This document shows, piece by piece, positions 36,130 through 45,634 of a stretch of DNA of 64,000 nt (position 1 is its first letter; the number at the start of each line of letters is the position of its first letter). The stretch lies in the IMG/VR virus record IMGVR_UViG_3300042970_000025, one strand, 5' to 3'. The notes beneath the pieces were generated by a model. That model made no database searches. It was not told the origin of the DNA and worked only from the letters and a program-made list of their open reading frames with translations. The DNA is from a virus. Its lineage: Duplodnaviria; Caudoviricetes. A program made the translations under genes and the position numbers.

Positions 36130-38739
36130 ATGGCTTTGCCTGATTCAGATAAAGTAATACAGGAATTAAACCGCCGGTTCGCCGCGCCGCTTCCGGAGTT
36201 CTATCAGCGCCGGATCATTTTCTGGTACGACGAGGATCGGGATTTTGAGGAAAAGGTTCAGAACGGAGAAATCGAACTGGCGGACTCAAAGCTCATCGAG
36301 CTGAATGAGACAAATAATTTTGAAGTAAAGAAGCTTTTGACGCATGACGACAGGACGAGCAATTTCTGTGTCTATTGCCCGGTCACATATCCAGATGAAA
36401 AGAACTGGCTTCTGCCGGTTCAGCTTTACAGCGAGGAATTCCGTGCGGATCTTGTTTCCATCTGGCTTGAGGAGATGGGCATAGAGAACACGGCGAACCT
36501 GCGTAAGACGGTGAAGGACTATCGTCCGTTTTTCAAGACGAAGGCTCACCGAACGAAGGTGGCAAATCTCAATCAGAAGATTACTGCGCCTGTACATCTT
36601 CATAAGGCTGTGATTGCGGTTCTCTGCGGTGTGAAAGATACCGGCCCGAATCTTTTGATCCGGACAGTGCTCCGTGCTGGAACCAATCAGGAACAGAATG
36701 GCATCTATCAGTCGCTCGTGAAGTATGGAGCGGACTCTGTCTTCTGGCAGATGGTCGCACAGGTGACCGGATATCGGGAAGAAACGCCAGATCTCGGCAT
36801 GCTTTCATGTCATATTCTGATGACAGCCGCTACGCGTACTATGCGCATGGATAATCTGGTCGGACTGGATAGCTTCATTTCCATTCCGCACCAGAGCTAT
36901 TGCTATGACTTTATGTCGGAGTGGATGCATTCGGATGAGGTGCAGGAACTTTACGGCATCGCGAGAGAAACAGAGGACGAGCTGCGTCTTCCGGCAAGAT
37001 TCAGCCAGCTTCCGATTGAAGAACTGGTCGGAACCGAGATCTTCCCGTGCATCGACGAATGCATCTTGAAAAAGCTGATGACAGATATCATCGACCATAC
37101 GATCAACGTAGATGTCATCGAGCAGACTGTGGGACAACGAAGGACGATGCTCTGGTATGAGCGGGTCCAGAATTTCTACGAGGGTGTTCTGGAAGTTGCG
37201 CATATGCAGCAGTTCTATCTGGATCATGCAGCAGGGTTCCATACGGTGGAGCCGCACAAGGCCTGGAAGGAATACACGACGGATTATTACAAGATGGACA
37301 CTTATTACAGACTGTTCCATGTTGCATTCGGAGAATCTTTGAATTCATCGAATCCGCTGCTTGATGATCTGTTCAAGCATGTGGCGGACAATGTGGAAGG
37401 GCTGTACGCAAACTGGTACTTGGACAATCTCGGCTCCAACTGGGCGAATGCGGCAGCAGATAACCTGAAGGAATACGGCAGGATTCTGGAAGTTCCGCAG
37501 CAGCGGGATTTCTATAGAACCTATGTACAGAATGCAGACACGCGTGTCTTCGTGATCATCTCTGATGCAATGCGCTATGAGGTGGCCGCTACACTTTCAG
37601 AGGAATTGCGCCGGGAAACGCAGGCGGAAGTGAAGCTTTCATCCTGTGAAGGAATCTTCCCGACCGTGACGAAGTTTGGCATGACTGCGCTTTTGCCGCA
37701 CAAGGAACTAAAGGCAGAATTGAAGTCAAACGGCGTCGTGGGTGTTCTGGCGGATGGTCAGCCGACGGATGCGCAGTACCGGGATGGAATCCTTAAAAAA
37801 GCAAATCCGGCAAGTGTGGCACTTAAGTACAAGTATCTCATTAAGATGAAACACGCCGAACGCAGTGCGTTGGTGAAGGGTATGGAGGTCGTGTATATCT
37901 ATCACGATAAGATCGATGAGACGAGTCATACCGATGAAGCACTTGTTTTCGATTCCTGTAGTGACGCGATTTCCGAGCTCAAGAACATGGTGCGGATCAT
38001 CGTGAATGAGTTCAGCGGGACGAGAATATACATCACTTCTGACCACGGATTTATCTATACCTATAAGCCGCTGACAGAGGATGCAAAGGTAGATAAGACG
38101 CCATCCTCAGCCGATGATATAGAAGTCGATCGCCGCTATCTCATCACGAAGAAGGGCGCGAAGCCGGAATATCTGCTTCCGGTGAAGTTCCTCGATGGCA
38201 CGCAGTATGACGCTTTTGTGCCGATCGGGAATACGCGGATCAAGAAGAAAGGCGGCGGTCTGAATTTCGTGCATGGAGGCATCAGCCTGCAGGAGATGGT
38301 TGTGCCGGTGATCGATTACCATTACATGCGTACGGACAGCGCCGGGTATCAGAAAAATAAGAAAAAGTATGATACCAAGCCTGTAACGCTGAGCCTTCTC
38401 TCCGCAAGCCGCAAGATCAGCAATATGATCTTCTCTTTGAATTTCTATCAGAGGGAAGCTGTCGGTGATAACCGGGAAGCTGCAAATTACCTTCTGTACT
38501 TTGTCGATTCAGAAGGAAAACAGGTCAGCGATACGCAGCGGGTGATTGCGGATAAGACGAGCAGCAATAATCAGGACAGGACGTTCCGCGTGAGCTTCAA
38601 CCTGAAATCAATGAAATACAGTAATAAAGAAAGCTATTATCTGGTAATTGCAGACGAAAGCGGTCTGCAGCTGCCACAGCGTGAAGAATTCTCCATAGAC
38701 ATTGCCTTTGCTGTGGATGACTTCGATTTCTTCAGTTAA
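36130..38739 (+). CDS. pglZ: BREX-1 phosphatase PglZ
   Basis: RRIIFWYD, IISDAMRYE, ITSDHGF, FVHGGISLQEMVVP. Confidence 0.93.
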   Translation: MALPDSDKVIQELNRRFAAPLPEFYQRRIIFWYDEDRDFEEKVQNGEIELADSKLIELNETNNFEVKKLLTHDDRTSNFCVYCPVTYPDEKNWLLPVQLYSEEFRADLVSIWLEEMGIENTANLRKTVKDYRPFFKTKAHRTKVANLNQKITAPVHLHKAVIAVLCGVKDTGPNLLIRTVLRAGTNQEQNGIYQSLVKYGADSVFWQMVAQVTGYREETPDLGMLSCHILMTAATRTMRMDNLVGLDSFISIPHQSYCYDFMSEWMHSDEVQELYGIARETEDELRLPARFSQLPIEELVGTEIFPCIDECILKKLMTDIIDHTINVDVIEQTVGQRRTMLWYERVQNFYEGVLEVAHMQQFYLDHAAGFHTVEPHKAWKEYTTDYYKMDTYYRLFHVAFGESLNSSNPLLDDLFKHVADNVEGLYANWYLDNLGSNWANAAADNLKEYGRILEVPQQRDFYRTYVQNADTRVFVIISDAMRYEVAATLSEELRRETQAEVKLSSCEGIFPTVTKFGMTALLPHKELKAELKSNGVVGVLADGQPTDAQYRDGILKKANPASVALKYKYLIKMKHAERSALVKGMEVVYIYHDKIDETSHTDEALVFDSCSDAISELKNMVRIIVNEFSGTRIYITSDHGFIYTYKPLTEDAKVDKTPSSADDIEVDRRYLITKKGAKPEYLLPVKFLDGTQYDAFVPIGNTRIKKKGGGLNFVHGGISLQEMVVPVIDYHYMRTDSAGYQKNKKKYDTKPVTLSLLSASRKISNMIFSLNFYQREAVGDNREAANYLLYFVDSEGKQVSDTQRVIADKTSSNNQDRTFRVSFNLKSMKYSNKESYYLVIADESGLQLPQREEFSIDIAFAVDDFDFFS

Positions 38740-38744
38740 AGGAT

Positions 38745-40874
38745 GTGATACGAATGGATGATATTTCTACCGGGGAAAAGAGTGCCCGTGAAATCATAAA
38801 AGAAAAGCTCCGTCAGAATTTTGATGGGAAGATCGTGCGGAAGGATCTGACTAAGAAGATCAAGGAAGGCGCGAATGTGCCGGTCTATGTTCTGGAGTTC
38901 CTGCTCGGCCAGTACTGCAGTTCCGATGACGAGGAAGTCATCGAACAGGGCATTGAGAATGTGAAGCGGATTCTGGCGGACAACTTTGTCCGTCCGGATG
39001 AAGCCCAGAAGGTTTTGTCGAAGCTTCGCCAGAGGGGGAGCCACACCATTATTGATATGGTGACAGTGAATCTCAATCTCCATTATGACGAGTACGAGGC
39101 GAGCTTTTCTAATCTCGGCCTTGCCGGGATTCCAATCAGTGAGGAATATCCGGAGAAGTATGACCGCCTGCTCTGCGGAGGTATCTGGTGCATTGTTCAG
39201 CTTGAGTATAACTCCGGCGAAGACGCAGTGCCAGATATTATTTCTCTTTCTGGCGACCGGATTCAATCGAAGCGGAAAAAGCAGAAAGATCTGACACCGA
39301 TCAGCATCCGCAAGCTGACGCCGATCCAGTTGCCAAACGTGGATATGGAGGGCCTGAAAGAAGGCCGGAAAGACTTCACAAAAGATGAATGGCTCGATAT
39401 TTTAATGCGCTCCATTGGAATGGAGCCGGATGAACTGACCTACAGAGAGAAATGGTTGCTTCTCACCCGGATGATCCCGCTGGTCGAGAATAACTTCAAT
39501 CTCTGCGAGCTGGGTCCACGTTCGACCGGAAAGTCGTATCTGTATAAAGAAGTGTCGCCGAACAGTATTCTTGTATCCGGTGGGCAGACGACGGTCGCAA
39601 ACCTCTTCTATAACATGGGCCGGAAGACCATCGGACTTGTCGGACTATGGGACTGCGTGGCTTTTGATGAAGTCGCTGGAATCAAGTTCAAAGATAACGA
39701 CGGCATTCAGATTATGAAGGACTACATGGCTTCCGGTTCCTTTGCCCGCGGAAAGGAAGAAAAGGCTGCTTCTGCGTCAATGGTTTTCGTTGGCAATATC
39801 AATCAGAGTGTCGATGTGCTTCTGAAGACATCCAGCCTCTTTGATCCGTTTCCGCCGGAAATGGGTACGGATACAGCATTCCTGGATCGTATTCACTGCT
39901 ATCTGCCGGGATGGGAAGTGCCGAAGTTCCGCCCTGAACATTTTACAGATGACTATGGATTCATCACGGATTATCTGGCCGGATGGATTCGCGAGATGCG
40001 GAAAGAGCAGCTGGGTGACGCGCTGGATCATTATTTCCATCTCGGCAAGAACTTGAACCAGCGTGATGTCATAGCGGTCCGCAGGATGGTGGATGGTTAT
40101 TTGAAACTCATGTATCCAAACGGCGAATTCACAAAGGACGACATAGAGGAAGTCCTGAAGATTTCTCTCGAAATGCGCCGCCGCGTTAAAGAGCAACTCA
40201 AGAAGCTCGGTGGCATGGAATTCTATGATGTGAACTTCAGCTATATCGACAACGAGGCCTTTGAAGAAAAGTATGTATCCGTCCCAGAGCAAGGCGGCGG
40301 AAAGTTGATCCCGGAAGGAATCTGCAATCCAGGTCAGGTCTATACCGTGTCCCGTGGTAAGAGCGGCATGCTCGGTGTATTCCGTCTGGAATCGCAGATG
40401 TTGCCGGGAACTGGAAAGCTCGTATGCACCGGCCTTGGAAGCGATCGTGGTGCAAAGGAAGCAACAAATACTGCATTCAATTTCCTGAAGGCGAATGCAA
40501 AGCGGATCAGCGGTTCCATCAGCATGACGTCGAAGGATTACAACATCGATTATCAGGATTTGCAGGGCATCGGAATCACAGACAAGCTGGCTCTGCCGAC
40601 GGTCATCTCTATCTGTTCGATTGCGCTGAACCGACCGACGCAGAGTTCTCTGGCCGTCCTGGGAGAGATCAGCATCGCCGGTTCCATGATAAAAGTTGAT
40701 GAGCTAGCAAATACGCTCCAGGTATGCCTTGACAGCGGAGCTAAGAAGATTTTGCTTCCGATCACATCGGCAGCAGACATGGGAACTGTACCACCGGAAC
40801 TGATGGGAAGCTTTCACATTATTTTTTATCAGAGCGCGGAGGACGCGGTGTTCAAGGCGCTGGGAGTGGAATAA
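38745..40874 (+). CDS. brxL: BREX Lon-like protein BrxL
   Basis: NVPVYVLEFLLG, ELGPRSTGKS, VAFDEV, C-terminal Lon-like domain. Confidence 0.93.
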   Translation: MIRMDDISTGEKSAREIIKEKLRQNFDGKIVRKDLTKKIKEGANVPVYVLEFLLGQYCSSDDEEVIEQGIENVKRILADNFVRPDEAQKVLSKLRQRGSHTIIDMVTVNLNLHYDEYEASFSNLGLAGIPISEEYPEKYDRLLCGGIWCIVQLEYNSGEDAVPDIISLSGDRIQSKRKKQKDLTPISIRKLTPIQLPNVDMEGLKEGRKDFTKDEWLDILMRSIGMEPDELTYREKWLLLTRMIPLVENNFNLCELGPRSTGKSYLYKEVSPNSILVSGGQTTVANLFYNMGRKTIGLVGLWDCVAFDEVAGIKFKDNDGIQIMKDYMASGSFARGKEEKAASASMVFVGNINQSVDVLLKTSSLFDPFPPEMGTDTAFLDRIHCYLPGWEVPKFRPEHFTDDYGFITDYLAGWIREMRKEQLGDALDHYFHLGKNLNQRDVIAVRRMVDGYLKLMYPNGEFTKDDIEEVLKISLEMRRRVKEQLKKLGGMEFYDVNFSYIDNEAFEEKYVSVPEQGGGKLIPEGICNPGQVYTVSRGKSGMLGVFRLESQMLPGTGKLVCTGLGSDRGAKEATNTAFNFLKANAKRISGSISMTSKDYNIDYQDLQGIGITDKLALPTVISICSIALNRPTQSSLAVLGEISIAGSMIKVDELANTLQVCLDSGAKKILLPITSAADMGTVPPELMGSFHIIFYQSAEDAVFKALGVE

Positions 40875-40883
40875 GCATTTTTA

Positions 40884-41684
40884 TTGAGGTATCGTATGAA
40901 CGAAAGAATTGAGGAATCATTTGAACTGTTGTCCCAACAAGAATGGGATGATTTCTTAGCTGTAAATTATTTTGATAACATGATAATAGACGGCAGTAAA
41001 TTTGGTGTTGGCAGTATAGGCAAGCCAAAGTTACCAGAAATAATTCAACAGCATAACAATAAAATTGGCGATTGCAAAATCACATACTGTTTTTGTAGAC
41101 ACTACTACGATAGAGGGATACCGGATGATCCTTGGTATAGTTCTCCAGGAGAAAACGGAGAATCAATACAATATTTTCCCTATTTTAAAAAAGAACATTG
41201 GATGAGAAAATATTGGTTCGCGTATTTTTCCGATACGTATTATTTAAAGATGTCCGCTGTGTGGGATTCAATTGTTGAGCTTTTGAATTATTACTATGGA
41301 TTAGAGTATAGATCTGATTACCGGCTAAAAAGTAATGTCTTGGAGTGGTTGAAAGACAATCAGAAAAATTTATATGATGAATTGGATGCCTTGTGGAAAG
41401 ATAAGATATTCCAAGATGCCAATAAATATAGAACGGCAGCAGCTCATGGAATTTCAGAGAATGAAATCCATAATACTATTTCAGAAGAAAAAAATGTGAC
41501 GGCTACATTCCCGAAATTAGATGAAAAAGGGAATGTTGTTTTTAAAGAAGTGAAAGGGGAAAGAATCTCTGCTACAGCAGGTGAATATACGAATGTAAAA
41601 ACAATTATGGACAATATGCAAGATTATGCAGTTTTATCAGGAAATGAAATACAAAAGATTATTTCTATTATTCTTGCTAAGTAA
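40884..41684 (+). CDS. HEPN-domain protein (Cthe_2314-like), putative RNase
   Basis: R-X4-H motif YRTAAAH; AT-rich gene at the end of the defence operon. Confidence 0.65.
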   Translation: MRYRMNERIEESFELLSQQEWDDFLAVNYFDNMIIDGSKFGVGSIGKPKLPEIIQQHNNKIGDCKITYCFCRHYYDRGIPDDPWYSSPGENGESIQYFPYFKKEHWMRKYWFAYFSDTYYLKMSAVWDSIVELLNYYYGLEYRSDYRLKSNVLEWLKDNQKNLYDELDALWKDKIFQDANKYRTAAAHGISENEIHNTISEEKNVTATFPKLDEKGNVVFKEVKGERISATAGEYTNVKTIMDNMQDYAVLSGNEIQKIISIILAK

Positions 41685-42186
41685 TAAACAGAAGGTTATT
41701 CGAAAATGTAAGGCTTTACTACTGGTATAGACAGAGTGTACAAGAACCTTTCAACGATAGCCATACTTTTTAACGATAGCAGATGGGGGTGTCGCTTTTG
41801 ACCACAGCAAGCACAGCAGTATATAACTTCAGGGGCAGAACCGCGTTCCCGCACTCTGCCCGGAAGTCGAGAAAAGCCCAGAAACAGCGCAGTTTCCGGG
41901 CTAAAAGTACATACGGGTACGGGCATTGTATCAAAGATGAGGTCTTGATCGAGCGATAAAATGTCTGAGGTTATTTTATGATTGCAAAAAAACTATAGGG
42001 CCGAGACGTCATCTCCCATCAATCAAGTGCGCCTATATAGGGTGGAGACGTCTCGGGATCTGTGATAGATTAACTTTGATTACAAGCGAAACTCCGGCTC
42101 TTTGACCACTTCCCGAAGTCGAAGCAACGTGTACAAAAGCACCTATTTTTGCCTTGACCGTTTCCCTTTGACGGGAGGAAAATGGC

Positions 42187-42249
42187 GATATTTATACGCT
42201 AAGCTCGTCGCATGTTGAGTGCATAGCATTGATGTCACGAGTAAAGTAA
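42187..42249 (+). other. attP-like site carrying a replacement 3' end of rlmD/rumA (HVECIALMSRVK*)
   Basis: 42211-42249 translates HVECIALMSRVK-stop; the upstream sequence lacks the rlmD DMFP motif; close to the recombinase cassette. Confidence 0.7.
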
Positions 42250-42280
42250 CAAAGGCCAGGAATGGCTTGAAATCAAAGGC

Positions 42281-42320
42281 TCCCGCCATTGTGCACATGT
42301 GGCATGGTGGCGGGAATTTC
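42281..42320 (+). terminator. Hairpin after the rlmD-like tail
   Basis: TCCCGCCATTGTGC...GCATGGTGGCGGGA. Confidence 0.55.
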
Positions 42321-42504
42321 TGTAAACATCTGAAACAAAATATAAGCGGAGTATTGTTATAGTAAAATAATAACAACACTAATCCGTACATAGTAAATGA
42401 AGATGACGTCGGGTCGTGTGTTTATGATGAATGTCAGGCGGGTCGGGTTCTGTGACTGGATGTAGTGCTCAGGATGGATGTGAAAAGAAAATCAGAATAT
42501 TGCA

Positions 42505-42533
42505 TTGACGTCTATACATAATAAGATTATACT
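42505..42533 (+). promoter_or_regulatory. Sigma-A promoter TTGACG-N17-TATACT
   Basis: Near-consensus, upstream of the Ig-domain gene. Confidence 0.65.
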
Positions 42534-42575
42534 AAATACATCATTCTAATGCATTGTTTGAATAGGAGGGAAGTT

Positions 42576-43562
42576 ATGAAGGCAATAAAAAAATCATTGT
42601 TGATCACATTGGTAGTTGCTATAGTCGCAACATTCAGTGTTTCGACGACCAGCTTTGCTGCTACAAAGCTTAAGCTCAATTGTACAAAAGCTACGATTGG
42701 CGTAGATAATGTTATCACACTCAGTGTCAATGCGAAAAAGGCCAAATGGAAAAGCGGTAATACGAAGATAGCAGATGTCAGTAAGAACGGTGTTGTGACT
42801 GGAGTGAAATCGGGAAAAGTCACGGTTACCGCAAAAGCAAATGGTAAGACCGCAAAATGCAGAATTACTGTGAAGAACTATTTGACGGATAGTCAGGCTG
42901 CACAACTTATTGCTTCAGGTGTTTTGACGGAAAACTCTGTGAAACAGATTATTAAAGATAACAGCCTTACCACAGAAGAAGTGATTAAGTTGATAAAACA
43001 GAATTCGAACAATACAACTACAATTGTTTCTGGAGGAGGATTATCACAATCCGAAGTACAGGCAATGATTAATGATGCAATGGGTAATAACTGGACTGAC
43101 GGAACAGAACTTACCTTCTATAATTCTGAACAGATGCCAGTAACTGTTTATGGCGAGAATGTAGAAGATTTTACTCTTGAAACAGATCCATCGGATAGCC
43201 ATATAGAGATAACGTCTGTAAAGATAACAAAATATCGTGACACATCTGTTATTCTTGGACATAAACAAAAGTATAGGTATCATGTAGAGATTAGTGGCGT
43301 CAACTACCCGAATTCGAAAGGTGAACAGCTTCGTAGATGTAGTATCACGTATATGCGTAGTGATGGGGCAGGAACTGATGAACGCGAGTATCCTCTGACT
43401 GATAAAGAAATAGAATCGGATAATAGCAATCTCCTAAGGTCAAACTCAAACTTAAGAAATTGCCAGATCACACGAGATGGTAATAATTTTACCTTCTCAT
43501 GTGACCAGTATAATATGTGGTCAGATTACGATGAGTTCTTGATGCAGAATTATGGTTATTAA
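42576..43562 (+). CDS. Secreted protein with a bacterial Ig-like (Big_2) domain
   Basis: Signal peptide ending SFA; WKSGNTKIADVSKNGVVTGVKSGKVTVTA; low GC; own promoter. Confidence 0.8.
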   Translation: MKAIKKSLLITLVVAIVATFSVSTTSFAATKLKLNCTKATIGVDNVITLSVNAKKAKWKSGNTKIADVSKNGVVTGVKSGKVTVTAKANGKTAKCRITVKNYLTDSQAAQLIASGVLTENSVKQIIKDNSLTTEEVIKLIKQNSNNTTTIVSGGGLSQSEVQAMINDAMGNNWTDGTELTFYNSEQMPVTVYGENVEDFTLETDPSDSHIEITSVKITKYRDTSVILGHKQKYRYHVEISGVNYPNSKGEQLRRCSITYMRSDGAGTDEREYPLTDKEIESDNSNLLRSNSNLRNCQITRDGNNFTFSCDQYNMWSDYDEFLMQNYGY

Positions 43563-43591
43563 CTTTGACAGGGGTGCTGACTAAATAACAG

Positions 43592-43635
43592 GACGGATTC
43601 CAGAACTATTTCTTCAGTTCTGGGATCCGTTTTTC
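43592..43635. terminator. Terminator between convergent genes
   Basis: ACGGATTCCAGAACT...AGTTCTGGGATCCGT followed by TTTT. Confidence 0.75.
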
Positions 43636-43655
43636 CGTGGGGCAGGTGCTTTTCC

Positions 43656-45224
43656 TTATTTTTCAATCTCCACGCTCACGCCGGATTTGAATTCAACGGT
43701 GAAGCGAGATGGGTATACGGTGATTTTCTGAATCAGTCTGCGCACGAGCTTTTCGTCAAACTCGGTAATTTCTGCGCTCTGCTTCCCGATGAAATCCTGC
43801 AGCTCGGAAATTCTATCTAAAGCTTCTCTCTGTTTGCAGCTGTCCGCTTCGGCCTGTTTCTTTTGCTCTCTGAGCCGGAAGATCTCGTCGGCTATTGCAT
43901 TGTAGTCCTGTTTGCTGTTTGCTTTTTGGATAAGCTCTTTCTGAAGCTCATTGAGCCGATCCTGGATGCCATCCGGGGAGAGGGTATCGGCTTTCGAAAC
44001 AGCCCTTGCGATGTTTTCCTGAAGCTGCTGAATAAAGGAAGATTTATCGGTAAGGATCTGGTTGATCGCGTCAAGCGTGATTTCTTTCAGCAGTTCTTCT
44101 TTGACGGTCCGGTTGGTGCAGTTGATCTCTGCAGATGATGGCTCCAGCCGGCTGATGCAGCGCCAGACGATGGACTTCTTTCCGTGGTTATTCCAGTGGA
44201 CGCGCCGGTAAAGGTCACCGCATTCACTGCAGAAAACAATCTGGGAAAAGCAGCAGCTGCTGGAAAAATTACGCTTTTTCCCAGAAGGGCTTTTATGAAC
44301 GTTGCGGCGGCGGACAATCTCAGCCTGGACCTGCATGAAAATGTCTTTTGGGATAATTGCCGGATGGTCGCCCTCCACGTAATACTGAGGAACAGAGCCG
44401 TCGTTTTTGATTCGTTTCTTGGTAAGAAAGTCGACGGTTACCGTTTTCTGAAGAAGTGCATCGCCAAAGTATTTCTCGTTTCGCAGGATCTTGTTGATGG
44501 AGGAGATCCACCATTTCGTTTTGCCTGCACCGGTGAGGATCCCGTCTTCTTCTAATCCTTTTGCGATCTGTCCCATTGAGTAGCCATCTAGGTATTCCCG
44601 GTAGATGCGCTTTACGACTTCGGCTTCCTTTGGGACAATGACAAGCTTTCCATCCGCGTCTTTGGTATAGCCGAGAAAGCGGGTGTGATTGACCTGCACT
44701 TTTCCCTGCTGGTAGCGGTACTGCAGTCCAAGCTTAACATTCTGGGAAAGGCTCTGAGATTCCTGCTGAGCAAGGCTGGCCATGATGGTAATCAGGACTT
44801 CACCTTTGGCGTCCATGGTATTGATGGATTCTTTTTCAAACCAGACCGCGATGTTCTTTTCTTTGAGTTTTCGAATGTACTTCAGGCAGTCCAGAGTGTT
44901 CCTTGCAAATCTGGATATCGATTTGGTGATGACCATATCGATGTTTCCGGTCATGCATTCTTCAATCATCCGGTTGAATTCTTCTCTCTTCTTGGTGTTG
45001 GTGCCTGAGATTCCGTCGTCCGCGAAGATCCCGGCAAGCTGCCAGTCCTCGTGGCTTTTGATGTAATCGGTGTAGTGGGAGACCTGGGTTTCATAGCTGG
45101 TTTCCTGTTCATCTGTATCTGTAGAGACGCGGCAGTAGGCAGCTACGCGCAGCTTTGGCTTTTCAGATTTCTTAACGCTGTTTCCGACCTGTCTTCTGGC
45201 GGGGATAATGGTTACGTTTGACAA
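43656..45224 (-). CDS. Large serine recombinase
   Basis: [18 protein letters not shown], recombinase domain, Zn ribbon CSECG. Confidence 0.95.
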   Translation of the reverse strand: MSNVTIIPARRQVGNSVKKSEKPKLRVAAYCRVSTDTDEQETSYETQVSHYTDYIKSHEDWQLAGIFADDGISGTNTKKREEFNRMIEECMTGNIDMVITKSISRFARNTLDCLKYIRKLKEKNIAVWFEKESINTMDAKGEVLITIMASLAQQESQSLSQNVKLGLQYRYQQGKVQVNHTRFLGYTKDADGKLVIVPKEAEVVKRIYREYLDGYSMGQIAKGLEEDGILTGAGKTKWWISSINKILRNEKYFGDALLQKTVTVDFLTKKRIKNDGSVPQYYVEGDHPAIIPKDIFMQVQAEIVRRRNVHKSPSGKKRNFSSSCCFSQIVFCSECGDLYRRVHWNNHGKKSIVWRCISRLEPSSAEINCTNRTVKEELLKEITLDAINQILTDKSSFIQQLQENIARAVSKADTLSPDGIQDRLNELQKELIQKANSKQDYNAIADEIFRLREQKKQAEADSCKQREALDRISELQDFIGKQSAEITEFDEKLVRRLIQKITVYPSRFTVEFKSGVSVEIEK

Positions 45225-45227
45225 TTT

Positions 45228-45632
45228 CTACACCTCGCTTTCAATCAGGCTGTATAAAAACTCGGCTTGCTGTTTCGGATCTTCAAAGGACCGATTCGCT
45301 GGGAGCCGGTGAAAACGTGTCGGAGGGATGCGCTCTGGCTTTTCCTTGCTTTTTCCTTTTGTCCGACCTAGCTTATGAGCTCTCCGCATGCGTTCTTCCG
45401 CGGCAAGGTCAAAAGTGCACCTATCGATGATGGGAGGGTAGAAATCATCTCCCAGGTAATGCCGGTTCTCAAGGATCCGGCTGACGGATCCGTGCCGGGC
45501 ATTGATTCCGGCCTCTTTGGCCGCTCTGGAGAGAGTCATGCCGGAGAGGTAGTTTTGGTAAAGCGTCCTGATTTTCCCGGCTGCAATTTGATCGATCACA
45601 GCAGCTCCGTTTTTTATTTCATATCCGTACAT
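45228..45632 (-). CDS. Small recombinase-domain protein of the triple-recombinase cassette
   Basis: YGYEI..G, ILENRHYLGDDFYPPII. Confidence 0.8.
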   Translation of the reverse strand: MYGYEIKNGAAVIDQIAAGKIRTLYQNYLSGMTLSRAAKEAGINARHGSVSRILENRHYLGDDFYPPIIDRCTFDLAAEERMRRAHKLGRTKGKSKEKPERIPPTRFHRLPANRSFEDPKQQAEFLYSLIESEV

Positions 45633-45634
45633 AT

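Noticed and set aside
42024-42036. AAGTGCGCCT resembling a MOBQ-type oriT nic site
   Set aside because: Only a partial match, the inverted repeat geometry is wrong, and no relaxase is present in the window
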